DNA of 64,000 nucleotides from an uncultured virus (IMG/VR IMGVR_UViG_3300024308_000304) (taxonomy: Duplodnaviria; Heunggongvirae; Uroviricota; Caudoviricetes), in IMG/VR virus record IMGVR_UViG_3300024308_000304, one strand, 5' to 3'. Shown in pieces: positions 31,051 through 38,085 of the stretch (the stretch's first letter is position 1; every line of letters starts with the position of its first letter). Position numbers and translations under genes: made by a program. Below the pieces are notes generated by a model. It saw only the letters and a program-made list of their open reading frames with translations, was not told where the DNA came from and made no database searches.

Positions 31051-31236
31051 ATGACATCCAGAAATAAAAATCTTGTAGAAAGAAAAACCAGAATAGATCT
31101 GATTGTAATATCTGTACTAGCACTAACTTTTGTAATTGGTATTGGTTACTGGGCTTACACAGATCAATCTAATAATAAATCTTTATCCAATACATTAGAG
31201 CAACAATTCAAATCTTTGCAAGATAAGAATAAATAA
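31051..31236 (+). CDS. Small single-pass membrane protein
   Basis: 61 aa, GAGG RBS, one TM helix. Confidence 0.7.
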   Translation: MTSRNKNLVERKTRIDLIVISVLALTFVIGIGYWAYTDQSNNKSLSNTLEQQFKSLQDKNK

Positions 31237-31237
31237 G

Positions 31238-31411
31238 TTGACATTTGATAAGGAAGCACTTATTATACAGAAGGCTTCCTTTAACCAGTAATGGATCTCA
31301 TAAGCCTGCCGCTTCCAAATTGGCGAACAAAGGATTTGTAACACCTAAAAACATTGACTAATTGCCTGAAAGCAATGGAAGCACTTGATGGATATCAATT
31401 AGGAGATCATC
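31238..31411 (+). promoter_or_regulatory. sigma70 promoter plus ~140-nt structured 5' leader
   Basis: TTGACA-17-TATTAT; stems GGCTT/AAGCC, GCTTCCA/TGGAAGC, ATTGC/GCAAT. Confidence 0.65.
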
Positions 31412-31894
31412 ATGTACTACGAAATAAACAAAAAGAACATCAAACAATCTGCAAAAAATCTTTCTGAACAACTCCAAAAAGATGGATATTTAGTGCCTAA
31501 AAATAAAGTATTGGAACTATTGTCAAAAGTATTCTTCTATAAAAATTGGAATACACTTGAAGGAATTGCTGCCAGTCCTGAAAAAGTCGATTCTATAAAA
31601 AAAGTAAAACGATATCTAATAGAAATAGAAACAAATTGTCCAAAAGATAAAATGTTTAAACTATTAGAAACAGCTTTTAAAAATGGCAACTGTCAATTCA
31701 ATGTTGAAGATTATCAATCCAATGAGAAAGTGCATTTACTGACATTAGATCTTACAAAAAACAATGATAACGTCATTACTGCTATATTCATGCTGAAAAA
31801 AGAAATGAAAAAAAATGGATATAAAGTAGAACGAGCAGAAATGGCAAGAATTTTTATGGAAAAAGAAGATATGTCAGCACTTTTCAAAGATTAA
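31412..31894 (+). CDS. Protein with N-terminal Glyoxalase_8-like helical domain
   Basis: IKQSAKNLSEQL...LELLSKVFFYKNWNTL. Confidence 0.55.
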   Translation: MYYEINKKNIKQSAKNLSEQLQKDGYLVPKNKVLELLSKVFFYKNWNTLEGIAASPEKVDSIKKVKRYLIEIETNCPKDKMFKLLETAFKNGNCQFNVEDYQSNEKVHLLTLDLTKNNDNVITAIFMLKKEMKKNGYKVERAEMARIFMEKEDMSALFKD

Positions 31895-31957
31895 CGAATA
31901 AGAGGTTGTTCCAGACAAAAAAAGAGCCTTTGAAAAGGCTCTTAATAATTGATGTAA

Positions 31958-32959
31958 TTAAATCAGTTCATACTGTTTCAATTCTTGTTTTATATAGCAA
32001 TATAGTATAGGTGCAGCTATTAGACCAATAACACCAAAGACTGATTCCATCAATAACATTGCTATCAATAATTCAAATGCTTTAGCCTCTATTCTGCTGC
32101 CAATAATCTTAGCATTCAAGAAATATTCAAATTTGTGAATGAATATCAAATAACCTAATGCACTTAATCCAACGTATGGTGACACTGACAATCCAATTAC
32201 CAGAACAATAACGTTAACTATTATATTACCAATAATAGGAATAAGACCAATAACGAATGTTAATGTCACAATGGTTTTAGCAAATGGGAAGTCAACACCA
32301 AATAATGGCATAGCAACAAATAGGAATATACTGGTCATAACAGCATTAAATCCAGCAATACCAGCTTGTGCTACCATAACATGTTTAAATGACATTACTA
32401 AATTGTTAGTTTTTTCTCTTATAGATAAAAGAAGTGGTTTTTCTGTTTTCAAGAAATCACTTGCGGCTATCATAATACCAATAATCATGCCTAAAATCAT
32501 AGTAATAAGGGTATGAGTAGCCCCACGACTAAAATCTCTCAACAATGCAATATTTTCATGAGTGAACTCAATCAAGTTCTGTTTCAACTTTTGAATATCT
32601 TGTGGGAAAAATTCTGATATATTTGGTGGCAAATCTTTTATTGTTTTATCCAACACAGCAGTTGTTTCATTCACAATAGTTTCTGGATTGCTAACAGTTT
32701 TGTAAAGCCAAGATATGGAATACATTGATAGTAAAGTCAGAACACCAATAATAAGTAATGAAATAAATATGGTGGCTATAAATCGTGATTTGTTACCTAA
32801 ATTCAAATAATTCGATATGAATGTTTCAGCCCCTCTCATCATCAAGAATGTAATCATACCAGCTATCAAGGCAGGTAATAATCCAATTTTCATAACGAAT
32901 ATAAAAGAAACAAGAACAGTACATATAACAAATATGTCTATCTTTTGTCTTAATTGCAT
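31958..32959 (-). CDS. AI-2E family transporter
   Basis: Multi-TM; LIPIIGN, IHKFEYFLNAKIIG, FGVIGLIAAPILY. Confidence 0.88.
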   Translation of the reverse strand: MQLRQKIDIFVICTVLVSFIFVMKIGLLPALIAGMITFLMMRGAETFISNYLNLGNKSRFIATIFISLLIIGVLTLLSMYSISWLYKTVSNPETIVNETTAVLDKTIKDLPPNISEFFPQDIQKLKQNLIEFTHENIALLRDFSRGATHTLITMILGMIIGIMIAASDFLKTEKPLLLSIREKTNNLVMSFKHVMVAQAGIAGFNAVMTSIFLFVAMPLFGVDFPFAKTIVTLTFVIGLIPIIGNIIVNVIVLVIGLSVSPYVGLSALGYLIFIHKFEYFLNAKIIGSRIEAKAFELLIAMLLMESVFGVIGLIAAPILYCYIKQELKQYELI

Positions 32960-33083
32960 TTTTATAAATCTCCTGTTTTAATTAATTATAAATTTTTGCT
33001 GATAAAAAATCAATTAGATATTTAAAAAAATTGACTTAACATTGTCTTAAAGTATTATGATGATAGGAGAGAAGGATTTCGAT

Positions 33084-33452
33084 ATGAGAGAAGATATAAG
33101 ATTAATAAACTATCAAATAGAAGTACATACAGTAAATCGCGTATATATAACCAGTGTCTATGAAAAAAAAGGGTTCATAAAAAGATTTAACGACATGGAT
33201 TATGATAGATACTTCTGGTATATGTTTGATATAAAAAAGAAAATACTTAGCCAAGAAAAAGAAGTACCTATATTTGTAGCCAATAAAGAAATATTTATAA
33301 ATCCAAAACACATTGAGTTTATGGAAGTATACAAGAACGTCAATGAAAACAAAACGGCTAAAGAAGGTGTGTATTTATTAGATGATTTCCCATACAAAAC
33401 CTTCTATCAATCTGAAAAAGGTTACTTATCAAGACTTTTAGATATTGATTGA
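33084..33452 (+). CDS. Hypothetical protein
   Basis: AAGGA RBS; about 122 aa. Confidence 0.55.
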   Translation: MREDIRLINYQIEVHTVNRVYITSVYEKKGFIKRFNDMDYDRYFWYMFDIKKKILSQEKEVPIFVANKEIFINPKHIEFMEVYKNVNENKTAKEGVYLLDDFPYKTFYQSEKGYLSRLLDID

Positions 33453-33496
33453 TTTTAAAAATAGTGTAATATTAAGCTAATTTAGGAGAAATCAAT

Positions 33497-34294
33497 ATGC
33501 CAGAATTACCAGAAGTTCAATGCGTTGTTAATTCATTAGCCAGCGTAAAAGGCAAAAAAGTAAAAAATGTAAACATATTCAATCATAAACTCAGAGAACC
33601 TGTTCAAGAAAATCTAAGTCTACTCTTAAAAGATAAAACTATTGTAGATGTAATTAGAAGAGGTAAGTTTATTATTTTCAAATTAGACAATGGAGATATT
33701 GTTTCACATTTGGGAATGACAGGAAAGTTTTTAATCCATTCTGATGTAAACGAAGAAAAACATGCTAGAGTTCAAATAGAGTTTACTGATGGTACTGATC
33801 TAATTTATTCTGATATAAGAAAATTTGGATTCTTAACATATGAAAAAACTGCAATTGCTAATAAATACATTAAAAATTTAGGTGTAGAGCCATTAACTGA
33901 AAATTTCACTGGTGATTTTCTTTACAACATTACTCGTAGTTTAAAAAAGAATGTAAAGCAATTCTTATTGGATCAATCATATATTGTTGGTTTAGGTAAT
34001 ATTTATGTGATAGAACTCATGTATATATGCAAAATTAATCCAATGAATACAGTTAATCAGTTAACTCGTGGAGAATGTGAACAGTTAGTTGATGAAATTA
34101 AGATAATTTTAGAGAAATCCATTAAAGCAGGCGGATCTTCAATATCAGATTACAGAGATGCATTTGATAAAGAAGGTAGCTTCCAAGATAATTTCTTCGT
34201 TTATGGAAAAGACACTGACCCACTTGGTCATAAGGTTGAACGTATTAAGCAAAATGGTCGTGGTACATACTACTGTCCTATCTGTCAAAAATAG
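33497..34294 (+). CDS. mutM: Formamidopyrimidine-DNA glycosylase
   Basis: MPELPEV, RRGK, HLGMTG, GLGNIY (H2TH), GRGTYYCPICQ. Confidence 0.95.
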   Translation: MPELPEVQCVVNSLASVKGKKVKNVNIFNHKLREPVQENLSLLLKDKTIVDVIRRGKFIIFKLDNGDIVSHLGMTGKFLIHSDVNEEKHARVQIEFTDGTDLIYSDIRKFGFLTYEKTAIANKYIKNLGVEPLTENFTGDFLYNITRSLKKNVKQFLLDQSYIVGLGNIYVIELMYICKINPMNTVNQLTRGECEQLVDEIKIILEKSIKAGGSSISDYRDAFDKEGSFQDNFFVYGKDTDPLGHKVERIKQNGRGTYYCPICQK

Positions 34295-34359
34295 ATAAAT
34301 TTATGGTTTATTATTTTGTATTATTTTGATATAATGCATATCTATCAAGAGACTATTAA

Positions 34360-35592
34360 ATGAACAAATCATTATTTGAAAACTTAACAGAACAAAAAAA
34401 TATGAAAACCCTTATTGAAGATAAGGGTTTTACTTTTGTTGATAAATTAGAAAATAACTATGATGTTGTATATTCATATGAAAAGACACAGTTTCCATTT
34501 TCAGATGGGATCTACGAATATGCCTATATCAAATTTCCATCTGCTATAGAAGCTTTTGAATTTGTTTTTGAAAATTATACCAAATCACAAATTAATATTA
34601 TTGTATCTTCCTTGAGATATTTGAATAAAATTTTTTCAATTAAAGTTACAAAAGATGTTGACGAAAATAATTTTGTATTAAAAGTACGCCAGAATTCTGG
34701 GGGAGTACACATTGATCTGGGATATTTCACAATTCAGACATATATTCAAAATAAGTATTCAATATTTTTTGGTGAATATAATGTAAATAAAAGAACTCTA
34801 TTGAAAGAATTAGCATACGAAAAAATCTATGAGACTATTCTTTTTGAGTATAAAAAGAAATTAAATGAAATCTTTAAAGAGCCTTCACTAAATGATTATA
34901 GCTCTAAACATTTTAAAGCTTTAGAAAATGTTATGACTTCACATGATCTTTTCGCATTGAGAACTGAAAGAATTTTTAAAAAAGAAAGAGATTATATTTT
35001 TGCAAGAAAATTATTCAATTTTAAAAATATTGAAGTCGTCGAAACAATTTCAATGTCTTATCAATTGAAATCTAAAGTCAATCATGAAAATATACTTTAT
35101 GTGGCTGGTGATGAAAGAATAAAAAAGAATGTCGCTAATACAGTAAAACATGGAAGTACAATGGTTGGGTTCAAACCAAGAAACATTGATTATTTAGATG
35201 CACTTTTAGATGGTAATATGACTAAAGAGAACATTGAAATCATCAAGAAGTCTCTCAAGTTAATTATTACAATAGAAAAAGCTTTTGGGCAATACAAAGA
35301 TGATGCGATTGTCTTTGAACGTTACAATAATGATAAAGTTGCAATGCATAACTTATCAACATTTGATAAAATAGTTTCTATACATTATGGAAGATCAAAT
35401 ATTTTATTTGGAACTAAAATTAGTGCAAATATGTATGGATTTGATTATAGCTCAAAAGAGTCATTGAGTTATTCAGAAATCTATGAATCAATAAAGAAAG
35501 GTGCGGATAATGAAATTGCTAAATTTTTAGATATACCAGTTGAAAACGTTACCGAAAATGAGTATCATTTAGTAGAAATGATGCATTATTAA
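34360..35592 (+). CDS. Hypothetical protein with apparent internal duplication (C-terminal motif family)
   Basis: YEKIYETI...FKALENVM mid-protein mirrors YSEIYESI...YHLVEMMHY at the end. Confidence 0.65.
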   Translation: MNKSLFENLTEQKNMKTLIEDKGFTFVDKLENNYDVVYSYEKTQFPFSDGIYEYAYIKFPSAIEAFEFVFENYTKSQINIIVSSLRYLNKIFSIKVTKDVDENNFVLKVRQNSGGVHIDLGYFTIQTYIQNKYSIFFGEYNVNKRTLLKELAYEKIYETILFEYKKKLNEIFKEPSLNDYSSKHFKALENVMTSHDLFALRTERIFKKERDYIFARKLFNFKNIEVVETISMSYQLKSKVNHENILYVAGDERIKKNVANTVKHGSTMVGFKPRNIDYLDALLDGNMTKENIEIIKKSLKLIITIEKAFGQYKDDAIVFERYNNDKVAMHNLSTFDKIVSIHYGRSNILFGTKISANMYGFDYSSKESLSYSEIYESIKKGADNEIAKFLDIPVENVTENEYHLVEMMHY

Positions 35593-35597
35593 ATCAA

Positions 35598-35626
35598 TTG
35601 ACTTTATTATTGAAAATTGATAAAAT
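35598..35626 (+). promoter_or_regulatory. sigma70 promoter of the Leu leader transcript
   Basis: TTGACT-17-TAAAAT. Confidence 0.75.
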
Positions 35627-35654
35627 GTAAAAATACAAACAGAGGAATGAAACT

Positions 35655-35717
35655 ATGTTCACTATAATTCGATTATCACTCCTACTCTTAAGCTCACTAT
35701 TACTTAGCTTGGGCTAG
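35655..35717 (+). CDS. Leucine-rich attenuator leader peptide MFTIIRLSLLLLSSLLLSLG
   Basis: GAGGA RBS 8 nt upstream; 9 Leu codons in 20; resembles LeuL-type leaders. Confidence 0.8.
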   Translation: MFTIIRLSLLLLSSLLLSLG

Positions 35718-35720
35718 TAT

Positions 35721-35825
35721 ATCTATTTGTCTGCATTTTGGACGGGTAGATGTCCAGATGCAGAGTTGATCGAATTAACTTCATTCTACAACTATCGCGT
35801 CTGGACCCCAAAAGGGTCTTTTTTT
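35721..35825 (+). promoter_or_regulatory. Transcription attenuator (alternative hairpins, antiterminator, terminator)
   Basis: GTCCAGATGC (35752-61) pairs with GCGTCTGGAC (35797-806), which overlaps terminator GGACCC-CAAAA-GGGTCT followed by a T run. Confidence 0.8.
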
Positions 35826-35865
35826 ATGGGCGATAGCCTAGGATAGACTACGACTTTAAATAATG

Positions 35866-35878
35866 CAAGTTATTGATT
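35866..35878 (-). promoter_or_regulatory. IHF-binding consensus
   Basis: AATCAATAACTTG matches WATCAANNNNTTR. Confidence 0.45.
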
Positions 35879-35915
35879 TTAAAGGAAAATATTTAAAAAT
35901 AATTTAAAAAAGTAG

Positions 35916-35944
35916 TTGACAAAATGTTTTTCACTTGGTAATAT
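35916..35944 (+). promoter_or_regulatory. Strong sigma70 promoter for the tRNA array
   Basis: TTGACA-17-TAATAT with A-tract UP element. Confidence 0.8.
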
Positions 35945-36053
35945 GTACAACATGAAGAGTTAAGAAACAAATTAAAAAGATAGAATCAATAAAGCGGTAA
36001 ATCAAAAGTTTTAAGTTATAATGTGTCAAAAGCACAAATTGATTTTATCATAT

Positions 36054-36139
36054 GCGGATGTGGCGAAATTTGGTAAACGCGACCGTCTCAAAAACGGTTC
36101 TTTATAAGATTGTGAGTTCGAGTCTCACCATCCGCACCA
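36054..36139 (+). tRNA. tRNA-Leu(CAA)
   Basis: Cloverleaf, loop CT-CAA-AA, long variable arm, ACCA end. Confidence 0.92.
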
Positions 36140-36224
36140 AATAAAAAATGGGTTGCTCTGGTCACTGACTGGAACCTTTAAAACATACTAACTATGAATA
36201 CTAGTATTATTAAAGGCAAACCCC

Positions 36225-36309
36225 TGACAAAAGTGATGAAATGGTAGCCATGACACCGAGCGAAGGTGTGCCCAATAAGGCGTGAGGGTTCAAGTCCCTT
36301 CTTTTGTCA
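36225..36309 (+). ncRNA. tRNA-Leu-like RNA with aberrant anticodon loop (GAGCGAA), 9-bp acceptor helix, no CCA
   Basis: Intact D arm, variable arm and T arm (GGGTTCAAGTCCC); lacks U33. Confidence 0.7.
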
Positions 36310-36320
36310 AGTTTAAGAAT

Positions 36321-36404
36321 GCGTTAGTGGTGGAATGGTATACACGTTGGTCTAAGAAGCCAATGCCGCAAGGATTGAGAGTTCAAGTCTCTCCTAACGC
36401 ACCA
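36321..36404 (+). tRNA. tRNA-Leu(AAG)
   Basis: Loop CT-AAG-AA, long variable arm, ACCA. Confidence 0.92.
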
Positions 36405-36415
36405 AATTAAGATAT

Positions 36416-36500
36416 GCCCTGATGTTGGAATAGGTAGACATAACGGTCTAAGAAGCCGTGGCCGAAAGGCATGCGAGTTCGAGTCTCGCTTAGGGCACCA
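36416..36500 (+). tRNA. tRNA-Leu(AAG)
   Basis: Loop CT-AAG-AA, ACCA. Confidence 0.92.
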
Positions 36501-36509
36501 AATATAAAA

Positions 36510-36594
36510 GCCTCTCTGGCGGAATTGGTAGACGCGGCGGATTCAAAATCCGCTTCCGAAAGGAGTGTGGGTTCGAGTCCCACGGGAGGCACCA
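36510..36594 (+). tRNA. tRNA-Leu(CAA)
   Basis: Loop TT-CAA-AA, ACCA. Confidence 0.93.
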
Positions 36595-36610
36595 AATTGT
36601 TACAAATTAT

Positions 36611-36696
36611 GCCCAAATGGTGAAATTGGTAGTACACAGGAGACTTAAAATCTCCCGGCGAAAGTCGTGTCGGTTCGAGTCCGACTTTGGGCACCA
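36611..36696 (+). tRNA. tRNA-Leu(TAA)
   Basis: Loop CT-TAA-AA, ACCA. Confidence 0.93.
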
Positions 36697-36835
36697 GATT
36701 ATTACAAACAGCCCGTAGTTACTAGGGTGTTGATAGGAGCTAAAGAAATGCTGCTTGATAAGTGTTTAAATGTACACCTCTTGCGGGAGAAAGGTCAAGG
36801 TGCGGGCGTTGATTATCAACTTGTAATAAAAATAT

Positions 36836-36919
36836 GCGGAAGTGACGAAATGGTAGACGTGCTGGTCTTAGAAGCCAGTGTCGAAAGACGTGTGGGTTCG
36901 AGTCCCACCTTCCGCACCA
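36836..36919 (+). tRNA. tRNA-Leu(TAG)
   Basis: Loop CT-TAG-AA, ACCA. Confidence 0.93.
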
Positions 36920-36921
36920 GA

Positions 36922-37073
36922 TTGCTTAAATGATGGAATGGTAGACATAGGGTGATAGCCCTGTCATTTACAGGTTCGAATCCTGTTATTAGCAGAAATG
37001 TTAATATGGCGGAACGGTAGACGCGATGGACATTGAGTCCATGACTTGTAGGTTCGAGTCCTACTTTAAGCAA
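36922..37073 (+). ncRNA. Strand-swapped double tRNA-like RNA
   Basis: Two D/T-arm sets; outer 9-bp helix TTGCTTAAA/TTTAAGCAA; inner 8-bp helix TATTAGCA-GAAA-TGTTAATA. Confidence 0.75.
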
Positions 37074-37081
37074 CATATTAT

Positions 37082-37165
37082 GCGTTAGTGGTGGAATGGT
37101 ATACACGCTGGTCTAAGAAGCCAGTGCCGAAAGGATTGTGAGTTCGACTCTCACCTAACGCACCA
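37082..37165 (+). tRNA. tRNA-Leu(AAG)
   Basis: Loop CT-AAG-AA, ACCA; near-duplicate of 36321..36404. Confidence 0.92.
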
Positions 37166-37186
37166 GATTAAAAAAAATGTGTTTAT

Positions 37187-37271
37187 CCCCGGATGGTGGA
37201 ATTGGTAGACACAGGAGACTTAAAATCTCCCGGCGAAAGCCGTGTCGGTTCGAGTCCGACTCCGGGGACCA
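37187..37271 (+). tRNA. tRNA-Leu(TAA)
   Basis: Loop CT-TAA-AA, ACCA. Confidence 0.93.
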
Positions 37272-37281
37272 GTTTTAAAAA

Positions 37282-37373
37282 TTCAATATCGAAGGTTCGA
37301 ATCCTTCTCTCGTGTAATAACGGGGTGGTGAAGTGGTAGACACGTTTGCTGAAATGCATTCTAAAATATTGGA
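37282..37373 (+). ncRNA. Circularly permuted tRNA-like RNA (T arm, closed acceptor helix, D arm), Y-RNA-like topology
   Basis: GAAGG-TTCGAAT-CCTTC, then TCTCGT/ACGGGG, then GTG-AAGTGGTAGA-CAC, enclosed by TTCAATAT/ATATTGGA. Confidence 0.65.
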
Positions 37374-37385
37374 TTACTTTTTTAA

Positions 37386-37471
37386 GCCCGAGTGGTGAAA
37401 TGGTAGACGCGGGGGACTTAAAATCCCTTTCCTTAATCGGAGTGCCGGTTCGAGTCCGGCTTCGGGCACCA
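37386..37471 (+). tRNA. tRNA-Leu(TAA)
   Basis: Loop CT-TAA-AA, ACCA. Confidence 0.92.
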
Positions 37472-37541
37472 AATGTATACTAAAATTTGTTGACTTATTT
37501 TAATATTTGATTTAAAATATCGGCAAATTGAGGTAAATAAA

Positions 37542-37883
37542 ATGAATAAAAAATCTAAAGGACAAGTAGTTTTTGTCAATCTGTATGATAACCGTTATTG
37601 GAATGTATTTCTTGATGGTGAATTATTTCATGAAATACATAAGGAAGACTTCACAACATATGTCTTCAGAGAATCAAACAGAAAAGCATTGGCTAAAGCA
37701 TCATCACTTGATGAAAAAGATCTTCGTTATTCTTATATAGATCTTGAAAATGGCATTAATGAAGATGAATACAATTCAAATGATTATCAAGAATTTCAAG
37801 TAGTTTTAAGTGCTTGCAATTTCTATAATATTGATTATGTATTTAAAGATGTAAACTACGAATACATTGAAACTAAATACTAA
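37542..37883 (+). CDS. Hypothetical protein inside the tRNA array
   Basis: 113 aa, GAGGT RBS, own TTGACT promoter. Confidence 0.7.
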   Translation: MNKKSKGQVVFVNLYDNRYWNVFLDGELFHEIHKEDFTTYVFRESNRKALAKASSLDEKDLRYSYIDLENGINEDEYNSNDYQEFQVVLSACNFYNIDYVFKDVNYEYIETKY

Positions 37884-37912
37884 TAATTGGTAGAATGTAG
37901 TAATAAATTAAT

Positions 37913-37997
37913 GCGGAAGTGATGGAATGGTAGACATAGCAGTCTCAGAAGCTGCTGCTGTAATGGCGTGAGAGTTCAAGTCTCTTCTTCCGTACCA
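37913..37997 (+). tRNA. tRNA-Leu(CAG)
   Basis: Loop CT-CAG-AA, ACCA. Confidence 0.92.
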
Positions 37998-38008
37998 AAA
38001 AAACAAAG

Positions 38009-38035
38009 ATCCAACGGAAACGTTGGATTTTTTTT
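38009..38035 (+). terminator. Terminator ending the tRNA array
   Basis: ATCCAACG-GAAA-CGTTGGAT followed by T run. Confidence 0.88.
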
Positions 38036-38085
38036 GATTACAATTTCATTAAGTCTATAATAAAAGTACCCGAAGGTACTTTTTA

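Noticed and set aside
35647..35667. Alternative leader ORF MKLCSL
   Set aside because: ATG abuts the Shine-Dalgarno sequence with no spacing; the 35655 ATG has proper spacing.
36150..36240. Hammerhead ribozyme
   Set aside because: CTGA is present but the CUGANGA/GAAA core is not in the required arrangement.
36407..37106. ORFs 36407..36694(-), 36667..36933(+) and 36816..37106(-)
   Set aside because: They are translations of tRNA genes (VGLEPT is the antisense T arm), not proteins.
36054..37997. CRISPR-like repeat array
   Set aside because: The recurring GGTAGAC and GGTTCGAGTCC strings are tRNA D and T arms; no constant repeat-spacer period and no cas genes.
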